From: Azolla caroliniana
Taxonomy: Eukaryota > Plantae > Polypodiophyta
Assembly (NCBI GenBank): GCA_043228905.1
Contig: JBHGNT010000002.1
Coordinates: 5,580,001 to 5,644,000 of the forward strand
Reading direction: 5' to 3'
Length of the DNA stretch: 64,000 nucleotides
The notes under the pieces were generated by a model. The model saw only the letters and a program-made list of their open reading frames with translations, made no database searches and was not told the origin of the DNA. This document shows positions 12,139 through 23,641 of the stretch, piece by piece. A program made the translations under genes and the position numbers. Position 1 is the stretch's first letter; every line of letters begins with the position of its first letter.

Positions 12139-15100
12139 ATGGCGAAGAAGCAGCAGCCCACCAATCCTCCCTGCAGAGACGTCTCTGAGGCCGATGGCGC
12201 TCGCAGCTATGTCGATTTCCCCGTCTTCTCTCCATCCCCCAGCGACTTGCCCCCACGCAGAAAAGCTCAGCCCCCCCGCGCCAAGACGGACGCCACACCT
12301 GTACGTATTGCTCGAAACCGTAGAATCACCCTTTCTGGCTTGGTTCCTAACAGATCGGATGCGAAGAAGAAGGTACATACCTCTACAACTGTGAGTTTAG
12401 TTTGTCGTGTACCTCCTGCTCCTCCCTCAAATCATGACCAGGCCCAAGCTTTGGTCATTCCTGATCGCAAATCGAAACGATTGTCTTTCCCGTTTCCTAC
12501 TGTTTCCCAACCTTCTGTTTCCAACACAGCAGAAGAAGCTCCATTCCTTCATCACCATTCAGAATCTTCACGTCATCAATGTAAAGAAGAAGTTTCTTCA
12601 TCTTATACCACTACTATGTCGGCCAAGCATCCTTATCATCACCAGATACATCGGGATAAAGCTTCTGCAACTGAGATTTATAATTCAAGTAAGTTTGCCT
12701 ACGGATCTCCTCCCTCATACAATCGTACATTGTATAATGATTTCGCCTATGGTTCTCCTCCGCCTTCTATTGGTAGCCATCTGAGACAGAAGAGTAGAGA
12801 AGAAGATGTTGATAATAGATTCCATTCTTCTCCCCTCGACAATGATGATCATCCAAGTGATCAGACTAGAAAAGGAGTTATAGAACGTTCCCTCTATAAT
12901 GATGACCATTGGCGAAACCAGAATAGAAAAGAAGAGTATGAAACTTCCCTCTACAATGATGGCTATCAGAGAAATCAGACTAGAAAAGGAGATGTGGAAA
13001 TCTCCCTCTACAATAATGATCATTCAAGAATGCCGACTGGAAAAGAAGATATGGAAAATCTGATGTATAATGTTAGTCATCTTAGTGATCAAACTGGTAA
13101 GGAAGACATGGAAAATCCCTGCTATAATGATGGTCATTTGAGAGATTGGACTGCAAAAGAAAATGTGCAAGATGGTTGTGGCTCAAGAGAGTATGTGCAA
13201 GATGGGTCTAGCTCTCCTCTCTCATATAATCATGGGTACTGGGAAGGGGATGTGCATAGATCAATGACACCATCGAAGCAAAAGTCACCATCATCATTCT
13301 GTCTTCGGGCTAATGAGCATAGTAAAAGTGTGTTAGATGTTCACAACATAGCTAAGCAAATGGATCTCAAAGAATCACATTTCCAGAAAGTCTCATCAAG
13401 AATGAGGGTTAGTGAGGTTAGTAGAAGTATTCAAGGTGTTCATAACCGAGGGAAGCAAATCGATAGCAAAGAATCACATGTTCGAAGAGCAGTCAATAAT
13501 GAGCTGAATCAAAGTGCTCAAAATGTTAACAACTTGTCCCTGGATTTGAAGCAAGTGGATATCAAAGAATTGCATACCCAGATAGCTCAATTGGAATGTG
13601 GCCCTAATGAGCACAATAGAAGTGTGCAATATGTTCACAACTTAGCTAAGCAAATGGATCTTAAAGAATCACATATCCAGAGACGCTCATCAGAATTTGC
13701 AGCTATTGAGGGAAATCTAAGTGTGCAAAATGTTCACAATTTATCTACAGATGTGAAGAAAATGGACGTCAAAGAATTACATTTCCGGAGAGTTAAAGAG
13801 ATCAATCAAAGTGTGCAATATGCTCACAACTTATCTACAGATGTGAAGAAACTCGACCTTAAAGAAGCATATTTCTGGAGAGATAATGGGCTCAGTCAAA
13901 GTGCAGATGATTTGCACGATGTGTCTACAGATTTAAAGCAAATGGATAAGAAAGAATCACATATCCAGAGAGAATCATTTGGACTTGCAATGAATGAACT
14001 CAGTATAAGTGGAAACTTTGAGCAGGAAGATGAATTCACCAAATTTGTAGAAACCGGAGAGAAAAGTAGTGCAGCTAATGAGCTCAATAGGAGTATTGAG
14101 CAAGCAGATGAGCCTACAGGGTTTGTAGAGTTCGGATGGAGGACTAACAGAAACCCTATATTTCCTTGGGAAAGAAGACATCAGGAATATTCATTGCGAA
14201 AAACCACATGTCACCCTTTTATTTCTCCCACTATTGGCCATTCAGAAGAGTCTACGCATCAGGAAAAACCAGCGTTTGATACATGCCCTGAGGAATTTTA
14301 TGAACATGATATAGACTTTGGTGCTAGTGTAAGCATGACATACTCGTCTGAACTACTTAATGTTTCCGCGGATTGCAGTTCCTGTGGTAGTACTGACACA
14401 TCTGAATTAAGTGCAATTCTCCAAAATTACTGTGATAACCATGCGGAGGCCAAAGGACGAACAGGGGAGGAGAGATTAAAGGAACAAGCAGTGAATCAGT
14501 CTTCATCTGGTTTAAGGGAGAGTGCGGAGAGCAAATATTTTTCGGCAGAAAGCCAGGTATTGAATTGCACAAAAAACTCAAAGGAGAAGAAACATAAGAA
14601 GGTCAAAGGCTCCAATACTGAAGCTTTGGATTCAGGAATAGAGAAATCTTTATCAACTCAAGAAGGAAAAGAAAGCATGGATTCTGAATCTCTCTTCCAT
14701 GAGGCAATAAGAACAGCAAGAGCTTTCCTTAGGTTGCTATCCATGTCTGTAATGGAGGCTTCTAATAATGAATATAACCAGCTTTTCCAAGTTGCTGGCA
14801 AACCTGCTATCATCTTCGCACATCCTCATCATATGAAGTACGGAGCACAAGCTTTAATCAATAAACTGATATTTCAAGAGTTTGATGAGTCATCTTATAG
14901 TGGCACAAATAGGAATGTGGATCAATCAATTCTGCTGAATGAGTTTAAAAGAATTTCCATGACAGCTTCGATTGACGCTATTGGCCCTTCGAATGAGCAT
15001 TATGATGCATGGTTCCATAGGTTTTGTAATTGGAAGCTTCTGCTAATGGAGAAGAATATGCCATGGCTAATAAGTTGGAGATACTATCTCTTGGAGACAT

Positions 15101-15378
15101 TCTTAGAGGCTATGAAGCATGTATGGAAATCACACCTATTAGCCCAATCCTCACATGGGGTTATCAGTTTGTATGAAGTGAAAGAGAGGACGCGATTTCA
15201 TGGTGTGATTATGGAAGTTGTTGATCCTGACCATGATGATACATTATTTCTACCTGAAGTTCAGCTCTTGGTTAACCCGGGGTTTCATCTCCAGTATAGC
15301 ACTATAAAGGCTCAAGTGTATTTGCTTCCTAGAATTGCAAGTTTCGATAGCCACATTGTAGTTAAGCACAGAGATTGA
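12139..15378 (+). CDS. Intronless ~1079-aa protein: disordered N-terminus, two internal repeat arrays, C-terminal GIL1/IRK-interacting-protein-like domain
   Basis: 3.2-kb uninterrupted ORF with first ATG at 12139. The C-terminal motifs HHMKY..LIFQEF, FHRFCNWK, FLEAMKHVWKSHLLA, FHGVIMEVV and LLVNPGFHLQYSTIKAQVYL resemble the GIL1/IRKI C-terminal domain. Confidence 0.75.
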   Translation: MAKKQQPTNPPCRDVSEADGARSYVDFPVFSPSPSDLPPRRKAQPPRAKTDATPVRIARNRRITLSGLVPNRSDAKKKVHTSTTVSLVCRVPPAPPSNHDQAQALVIPDRKSKRLSFPFPTVSQPSVSNTAEEAPFLHHHSESSRHQCKEEVSSSYTTTMSAKHPYHHQIHRDKASATEIYNSSKFAYGSPPSYNRTLYNDFAYGSPPPSIGSHLRQKSREEDVDNRFHSSPLDNDDHPSDQTRKGVIERSLYNDDHWRNQNRKEEYETSLYNDGYQRNQTRKGDVEISLYNNDHSRMPTGKEDMENLMYNVSHLSDQTGKEDMENPCYNDGHLRDWTAKENVQDGCGSREYVQDGSSSPLSYNHGYWEGDVHRSMTPSKQKSPSSFCLRANEHSKSVLDVHNIAKQMDLKESHFQKVSSRMRVSEVSRSIQGVHNRGKQIDSKESHVRRAVNNELNQSAQNVNNLSLDLKQVDIKELHTQIAQLECGPNEHNRSVQYVHNLAKQMDLKESHIQRRSSEFAAIEGNLSVQNVHNLSTDVKKMDVKELHFRRVKEINQSVQYAHNLSTDVKKLDLKEAYFWRDNGLSQSADDLHDVSTDLKQMDKKESHIQRESFGLAMNELSISGNFEQEDEFTKFVETGEKSSAANELNRSIEQADEPTGFVEFGWRTNRNPIFPWERRHQEYSLRKTTCHPFISPTIGHSEESTHQEKPAFDTCPEEFYEHDIDFGASVSMTYSSELLNVSADCSSCGSTDTSELSAILQNYCDNHAEAKGRTGEERLKEQAVNQSSSGLRESAESKYFSAESQVLNCTKNSKEKKHKKVKGSNTEALDSGIEKSLSTQEGKESMDSESLFHEAIRTARAFLRLLSMSVMEASNNEYNQLFQVAGKPAIIFAHPHHMKYGAQALINKLIFQEFDESSYSGTNRNVDQSILLNEFKRISMTASIDAIGPSNEHYDAWFHRFCNWKLLLMEKNMPWLISWRYYLLETFLEAMKHVWKSHLLAQSSHGVISLYEVKERTRFHGVIMEVVDPDHDDTLFLPEVQLLVNPGFHLQYSTIKAQVYLLPRIASFDSHIVVKHRD

Positions 15379-16762
15379 AGAGAGGCTATTAGGATCTTTC
15401 TTAAGAGAGCTTATCATGTGCATATGTCCTCTTTCTCTTTGATTTTGGTCATCTTGTGTATTGACTCACCATAGTGGCTAAGAATCCTATGGCTGTTTCT
15501 CATCTTGACCATGTAAATTCACCTCCAAACCTGTGGTATATATCTATCCCTGCTCTAATCTTTTATTCCAAGATGTTGTTTTGTGCTATGTATATTTCAA
15601 TGTTTACAATATCACTCCAATTTTCAAATAGCTATCTATATTTCAATGTTTTGATAGCTGTCTATACATGTCGTGCGAGTTCAAACAAATATTGTGTCAG
15701 TTCTTGTGGAAGCTTGAGATTTAGGGGGGTTAGTTATTGGCTAAACTCTTGCTATAGAATGTGTATTGGTACAGTGATACATGTATCTAATGGTATGTAT
15801 ATTTCCAGCATAACATTTTAGATGTAGTGTTGAAGGGATTATGTTGGTCTTGAAAACACTTAAATCTAAAGCATATAATAAATCAAGTAAACAGAAAGTG
15901 AGGTGTACATCTCCAACCTACACTAAAGATCCAAGACGTTTCAGAAAGATGTCTTAACAATCTGCAATTTCTTCGTGCATTTACAATAAACATACAAAAT
16001 GGATATTAGCTTGTAGATTAACAAAGATTAATTTGTGTTGGTTGACATATATGGTGCTAAATGTTTCTTTCGCCACGAGAACCACAACAACTTCCTAGTA
16101 GGTACTTTTATCCTAAAATGGTTGTAATGTTACAATTGAATTCCATGGAATAGGTTAGTATATTGTCAAAAAATTGTGGTAACACGTCAAATTAATACCA
16201 TACTAATGTGAGCATTTAGTAGTTGTGTTGAATCATGACATTATTGGATCAATTGAAGTCCCCTTCCCATCGTTGAACCTTTTAATCATCATTTATCTTT
16301 GGTTTTTTATGTCATCTTGTTTCATAAAATCTTTGTCATTTAGGTGGTCCTTATCATCTTTCGTTAATGAGAACATTCAATTATATTGTGAGAATGCAAG
16401 GGCCAAGATATTTGTTGCACTAGTTTGAGAAGCAAACCACCTTAATTGGAAATGATGTCCTCTACCTCATTACTTATTGGCAACATATTCTTCTGTTCAT
16501 TGAAATCTCCAATACCGATAAGTGATTTCTATTTCTAGATGTAGGACTTAGAATTGGGAAATGTTTATACATCCATAGATATATATTTTTACCGACATTT
16601 AACATTGTTTTGATGGCTATCCTCACCCAAATATGGATCCATATGTTTTTGTACTTCCTTGTAACTTTGTTTAAGATCATGTTCAACTCAAGCTCTTCCT
16701 CGGTCATTGATAGGAGAGCGCAACAATAACCATCACTCCACGACCTCACCTAAATAGCTCAC

Positions 16763-17148
16763 TGTAGAAACAAATAGCGTGCAGAAGCAATAGAAAACAG
16801 AAAACAGAAAACAGGTTTAATGGAGAGCTTAATAGTACATGGGAGAGACAGAGAGAGAGATCACACAGAAACTCAATTCAAAAATACTACTCAGTCTGTA
16901 CATAGGATGTGCTCAGTGAGCACTTTTATACAAGTCCATACGGACTGACAGAAGTACTATGTACTTCAATGCTCACACGAGCATCTGACACTAACTACGA
17001 GATATTAACTCCCTAGTAGACTAGCTGCTACTTGGCTTCTGGTTACTGCTTGATCAAGCTAACCGGCTCCCCAGCTCACCGACTCACTTGCTCATCGGCT
17101 CATCCTTCTGGATGCCGATCTGGATCCGTTTGAGCTTGCCGCTCAACA
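16763..17148 (-). repeat. 3' LTR of the copia element (386 bp)
   Basis: Direct repeat of 20648-21026, adjacent to the PPT. Confidence 0.95.
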
Positions 17149-17301
17149 CTCCCCCTCAAGCTCAACTTGAGGTCGGATCGTAGTGTCAGTCTCCATGGCA
17201 GCCGGTCCATCCACCCGGTTCCTTCTGGCGTCACTTCGCCTTGCTCGCGCTCCTTGTCCGGTCTAGTCCCGTTTGCCGCGACCCTTCTGTTTCTGCGCAT
17301 C

Positions 17302-20300
17302 TCAACCTCCTTGGTCGACTTGTCTGCTCAATAGGCCCAAATTAGCTCCCTCGTTGTTGTGACTTTGGCGCTTGTCGACCCGCCGATTCCTTCGTGTTGG
17401 CGTCGACTTTTGCTGCCATCTCGTCCTCTTGGCCTTGAATTGATCCGGTTCTTCCGAATCCGTCTGTTGACCCGAGTCGACTGTCTCCGATTCGTTCCAA
17501 CTCTTGTCTGAATCAGTTGCTCCTGATTCGTCTTCCCCTTTGTCAGTTCTTCCCTCACCGGCGCAATCGACAATCTCTTTGCCTTTGCTTGTTCCGGTGT
17601 CTTTGCCCGTTCTCCCCCTCAAGTGTGGCACGTCAAGATGTTGAACACCAAGCATTTCGGTGAAGTGTTGCAACTTGTCCGATCCGAGCGGTTTACAGTG
17701 ACGGGGAGGGTCAACCAGGTCCCATGTCTCGTTGGCATCAAGTGCCCGCATCTCTTCTTCCATAGCGGCACGCCAATGTGCGTCCTTTGTCGCTTCTACG
17801 TAGCTCTCCAACTCACACACTTCTGCCACCTTGGTCATGTACGCATTGTACCCGTACCACTTAACAAGTTCCTTCTGACGGGTTGACCGACGTAACCCAT
17901 TGTTACCCGGTTTGAGGCCCTTCTTGGCCGGTTCGGCCTTCGGTGCCGAAGAACCGTCATTTTCCTTTCTGGAGTCGGATCCACTCTGATTCGACTCATC
18001 ATTACCGGTTTCATAATCCGACATCTTCTTCTTCCCCTTCTCTTTGCGCGTGAACCGTCTCCTCGGTTCCTTGCGCGGGGAGAGCACGGAAGAGTCTTCA
18101 CTACTCGCCGGTTCCTCTTCTGACTGGTCGGATTGACCCAGTCTCTCGTTCGGCCCACTCAACCGAAACGATTCCGGACTCTCTTCTTGAGTCTCGGATT
18201 CATCATCTTCTATCTGGACCGGTTCAGGCTCACTAGCCTCATCCTCCAGTATCGGGTCAGGGTCGGAAGTCGGAGCCGGTAAGGCATACCATGATGCCGT
18301 CTCATCAAACTCAACATCGCTGCTAACTCGGACCTGCTTCGTCCGGGGGTTATAACACTTATACCCCTTTTGCTCATGTGAGTAGCTGACGAGGATGCAC
18401 TTCTCCGATTTTGCATCCAGCTTCCTCCGCTTCTCATCCGACACATGCACATATGCTATTCTGCCAAAAATCCGAAGGTGTCTCAAATTCGGCTTGCACC
18501 CGAAATACAACTCATGCGCGGACAGCTTGTCACCGATTCGGTTTTGGATGTAGACGGCCGTCCGGACCGCCTCCGCCGAGTAGAAATGGGGCATGCTCTT
18601 CTCTTCCAGCATTGCCCTTGCCACGTCGACAAGCGACTGGTTCTTCCTTTCAGCCACACCGTTTTGCTCCAGTGTGTATCTGCAGCTGAACTCTCTCTGA
18701 ATCCCTGTTTGCTGCAGATAATTGTTGAATTGGCCGGAAAAATATTCTTTTCCGCCATCTGACCTGCAGGCACTTGATCTTCCTCTCTGATTCCCGTTCC
18801 ACCATGCTTTGGAGGTTCCGTAAACAGTCGAAGGCTTCGCTCTTCCACTCAATGAGGTAGATCCATGTGTACCGACTATAGTCATCGATGAAGGAGACGA
18901 AGTATCGACTCCTGCCAAGACTCACATTCTGTGCTGGTCCCCATACATCTGAAGGAATAAGGTTGAGCTTGTTACGACTACGGTTTCGTTCGGTGGGGAA
19001 TGGAAGCTGGTGTTGCTTCCCGAGTTGGCAAGCTTCACATACTTGGGCCTTCCGGCCACTGAACTTCGGCAAACCGAAAACAACTTGTTTCGTTTGCAGG
19101 TCTTGAAGCCTCCGGTAATTGACGTGGCCGATCTGCTTGTGCCAGAGATTGATGTCCGATTCAATCTTTTGTCCTTTGGCGAACAAAGCGGTGCCGATGT
19201 CATTGGTGTCGAGGATGAACATCCTCTCGTCTCTGCGCCCTTGCGCAATAATCTGGCCCTCCTCCTTGATGAAGCACCCGAGGTGCGTAAACCGCACCTG
19301 CATTCCCTGGTTGACGATATGTCCGACCGACACTAGGATCTTTGTGATAGTCGGAACATGTAATACGTTCATCAGCTTCCCCCTTTGTTCGATGTGGCTC
19401 AAAGGGACATCACCGACATGCATGATTGGGTGAGGAGTGTCGTCTCCGGTTTCGACAACTCCCGGTTGTTCCGGTTTCTCCAGGAAGGAGAACCACTCTT
19501 TGTGGTTCGTCATGTGATTTGATGCACCGGAATCAACGTACCACACTTCCTCCGATTTGGAAGTGGTCTTCTTCATCGAATTTGCCTCGTGCTTCATCAC
19601 GAAGACTGGCCCCTTACCGGTCTTCCCGGTTTCGGATCCTTGCGCGTAGTGCGAGCTTTGCCAGTTCTCCCGACCGGTTTTGCCGGATCCAGATCTGTTT
19701 GAATCGGTGCGCTTCTTCCAACACTCGCTTTCTCTATGGCCCTTTTTGCCACAGTACCAACATTCCGTGGCGGATTTGTCTTGCCAGCTTCCGGCGCCGC
19801 CTTGACTCCCCCTAGTTGTGGAGGTCCCGAAACTGTTGTCGGCACTGTCTCTGTGTCGTCGGTCTTGCCCTTGCCGGCCGCCTCCATTGTGTGCCGATCC
19901 GCCTCGTCCACCATGCCCACGAGGCCGATCCGCCGCCGTGTACAACATCCGGTTGTCGGTGGGTGCACTTGTTGACGCACTGGCGTGGTTCTCCTCTAGA
20001 AGGAGCATCGACTATAAGTCGAAAAATGACGGTGTATTCTCCCTCGTACATACTATTGTCCGGAAAGCTCGGAACTTAGACGCCAGGCCCCCAAGATAGA
20101 CCTGTACCATCTCGTCTTCCTCTACAGTGACGTTGATAGAGGCAAGCGAATCAAGGATCTCTTTGATTCGGGCCATGTAATCAGCCACCGACATATCCTT
20201 CTGTCGGACATTGCTTAACTCCTGGTGGAGTTGTAGCTTCCGAGTTGTAGTGCTTGCAGCGAACACCTTCTTCAGGTTTCCCCAAGCCTCTTTCGGCGTC

Positions 20301-20551
20301 TTGGCATCTCGGATGTGGCTCAGCAACTGGTCTCCGACACTGGACGCAAAGCAGTACATCACTCTGCTTGCCGATTGTTCCCACACCGAGAAGTCCTTGT
20401 GTGCCGCATCAGGTGTTGTGTCGTTAGCTCCGTCGACATAGCTCCAGTAACCATGCCCAAGCAGGTACTGGTGCACCTTGTATGACCAAGATGCATAGTT
20501 GGATCTGTCGAGCTTCTCCACCAGGAGCAAGCTAGCCATTCCTCTATCCAT
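17302..20551 (-). pseudogene. Copia gag-pol polyprotein, disrupted (stop at 20012-20014, frameshift near 18765, RT-RNase H deletion near 17690)
   Basis: Motifs KLDRSNYASW (gag), CWYCGKKGHRESEC, WYVDSGASNHM (protease), WHKQIGH..CEAC, FIDDYSRYTW, SDGGKEY, QNGVAERKN (integrase), RRKLDAKSEKC (SH3) and WRAAMEEEM..NETWDLV (RT start). Confidence 0.93.
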
Positions 20552-20647
20552 TTGTTTTTTTTTTCTATTCTTTACAAAGGTTAGGTTTTCTTCTTGCGAA
20601 AGCGAATGTCGGTTGTAGAGGTTCTCAACCCTCACGCTCTGATACCA

Positions 20648-21026
20648 TGTAGAAACAAATAGCGTGTGGAAGCAATAGAAAACCGAAAACAAAAAGCAGG
20701 TTTAATGGAGAGCTTAACAGTACGCGGGAGAGACATAGAGAGAGAGCACACAGAAACTCAATTAAAAAATACTACTCAGTCTTTACATAGGATGTGCTCA
20801 GTGAGCACTTTTATACAAGTCCATACGGACTGATAGAAGTATTGTGTACTTCAATGCTCACACGAGCGTCTGACACTAACTACGAGATATTAACTCCCTA
20901 GTAGACTAGCTACTACTTGGCTTTCGGTTACTGCTTGATCCAGCTCATCCGGCTCATCCTTCTGGATGCTGATCCGGCTCAGGCTTATTCAGCCAATCCG
21001 GATCCGATTGAGCTTGCCGCTCAACA
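20648..21026 (-). repeat. 5' LTR of the copia element (379 bp)
   Basis: Direct repeat of 16763-17148, adjacent to the PBS. Confidence 0.95.
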
Positions 21027-23472
21027 CTCACCAATCAATTTTGGAGTGATGAAATGCTTGCAACATTATGTAGGTGGGGACTATAAATTCATTGAAGCAA
21101 GGATGTGGTTGCTAGTTAACAACCGTTGGAAGCCAACTTATGAAGAGCGATGGGAATTAATGTAGTTTGGTTTTCAATTGAGTAGCTTTATGTCAAAATC
21201 AAGATGCATATAGTAAATTCTATGGGGAATTTGTATTGTTGCAACCTAACGCCAAAGAGGTCTGGGCAATTGAGACGATTATCAATGCTCTCATCAAGAC
21301 CCCTATAATCATTTGTCCAACCTATTTTGTCCCCAAAACTAGTTCAACCACCATTGTCACCATTGATTGAGAAGGTGGGGTGTGTATAATTTTGTATGCT
21401 TATGTGAATGTCTATATGTGTTTATATGTGTAAGGGTGTATTGGTATTTGGGGAAATGACAACTTTACCTTCATTTGGGGGAGAAAGAGACTGAAAAGGT
21501 GGGAAGCAACAATGGTTGGCATATCAGTGATGTTAACACACCTCATCAATGCAAATTTGGTATTGAGTGGCAACCAATGACCAACTTGCAGTGGCAGTAG
21601 TGGCTATGTCACCTTGGAGGGGAGACAATTGATGGTTACTCCTTTGTACTTCGTCTTTTCCCCTCGCTCCGACATCTTCCTTTCACCTTGTTCCCACGAG
21701 ACTTCGTGGAATTGTTGAACCATGAGACGAAGAGTCCCTTTTTCATGAATGTGGTGGCAAGCACCCAAGTTTCCTAGGTCGGTGTTGTGGGTTTGATTCT
21801 GGTCATCCATCAATTTTTTTCATTTGTAATTTTTACGGAAGACACTGACCACAAAGCACTTTGATGTGAGATACAAAATCCATCTCTTGCCAAAATTAAG
21901 GCAATTTGACCTGTAGAGTCACATTCTGTGCTTAGATTTTCAACCCAAAAATTCAATTGTGATCCTTGTTAGATGGAGATTAAAATGAATTCAAGTTTAT
22001 GACTCATTCCCTTTTTCCTGAATATAAATTTTGATGCATAATTTTTTGATAAAAATCCTTGATAATTAACATCTCAAAAGGGTTAAGGTCAAGATATAAC
22101 TCAATTTACCAATGATCAACCCAAATACAATAATTCTAAATGGTTAGATCCAAATAGACAATTGTTTTTCTAAAAAAGAGATTGACTCTGATACATCCAT
22201 GTATGAGAGATTGAAATAATGGAAAGAAAGGAGATCAAAGGAGTGTTGGGAGGAGATCATGTAGTTTGGGTGTAGCGAGTCTACAATTGCCAGTCACGTC
22301 ACCTCATGCCATCATACATATCATATATGGCCTCTTGAATCACAACCCTACGATAAACCGTTTAATGACAAAGCTAGGATGTTTCTCTCCAACTGTAGTT
22401 CAATGGCAATGAAGTCTCCTTGTGCTTTTATAGGTTTTACGAGCCCATCTACCCAAATATTGTATAGTCATTACTTCTCCAAGAAGGGAAATGCAGCTAC
22501 AATGCACGCATGACAACAAGGAAGTTGAGTAAGTGAAGACATTCAGGAAATATGCCATACATAAATGTAGATGGTCGACATATATTTTGCTTGCAATACC
22601 AGACACCCATCCAAGCTAGTCGAAAAAGTAGTGGCGCATGCTAAGAAGAGAGGTTTCAATGATATATGACAAGAGAACTCTTGAAATCTATAAAATGAGG
22701 AAAGGAGCTTGTTGCTAGGCTGTACATTGTGTTAAATCTTTATTTCTTCTTAGATTGGAGTATCATTGTTTGTAATTGGAGGGTTGACATCACTTGTTGA
22801 CTCACCATTCTGAATCAAGGATATCCTTGCGACTATTTTCTTTATCACATTGCTTCCATCCCATGTACACGGTGCTTAAATCTTATATTTTTTGCTTAGA
22901 TAGGGGTGTCTTTGTTTGTAATTTGAGGGATATATTTTTGCTCCTTCCTATTGATCTACTTTAACCAAAAACATCGACCAAACTTTCTAATTGTGTTTTT
23001 AATATAATAACTAAATGATAATCCAATTTTTTTGTCATTTGCCTCCCCCAAAGGTTGGACATGAGGGAAGCCCCTCATAAAGGCTCTCCTCAATGAAAGG
23101 ACACACGTTCTCTTGTGGAACCCATGAAGTTGATCTCTCATGGTCGACATGAAAGAAACTCCTTATAAGGGCTCTCCTGGAGAGGTTGGTCATTTTTCCA
23201 TGGAACCCACAAAGTTATTCTGTAGTGAAAGTCAAAATGAGCTATGTGTTGAACCACTAGTTGAAATTGATTTGATCTATTTGCCCTACTTATTTCCCTT
23301 GTCCTTGTAAGGCTCCCCATGAGAGAACACACTCATTCTCTCATAAAACCTATGGAGTAATTCACCAAGGATGGCACATAATCTTGCCTTTGATCAAGAT
23401 GCCAACATTGACTTTCTCAAACAATGTAGTTGAAATCTCCACCGCATGCTAGTTGTTGCATTAGATGGTCAT

Positions 23473-23473
<1 letters not shown>

Positions 23474-23527
<54 letters not shown>
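23474..23527. repeat. (CA)n microsatellite
   Basis: About 27 perfect CA units. Confidence 0.98.
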
Positions 23528-23528
<1 letters not shown>

Positions 23529-23641
23529 CAAGAACGTATCAAACAAAGCCACAAGCATGCACAACATGCCGCAGGGACGAAAAAAATGGGCTCGAGGTGT
23601 CAATCTCTTACGAGAGATGAGCAAATCCCATATGGGATCTA

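Larger units (their letters stand above)
16763..21026 (-). mobile_element. Ty1/copia LTR retrotransposon, non-autonomous (most of RT/RNase H deleted)
   Basis: TG..CA LTRs at 16763-17148 and 20648-21026. TSD CTCAC at 16758-16762 and 21027-21031. PBS TGGTATCAGAGC (tRNA-iMet) at 20636-20647 and PPT CTTGAGGGGGAG at 17149-17160. Domain order is gag, CCHC knuckle, protease, integrase. Confidence 0.96.

Noticed and set aside
17623-20441. Many alternative-frame and antisense ORFs within the copia element
   Set aside because: Expected shadows of GC-rich gag-pol sequence, with no independent motifs.
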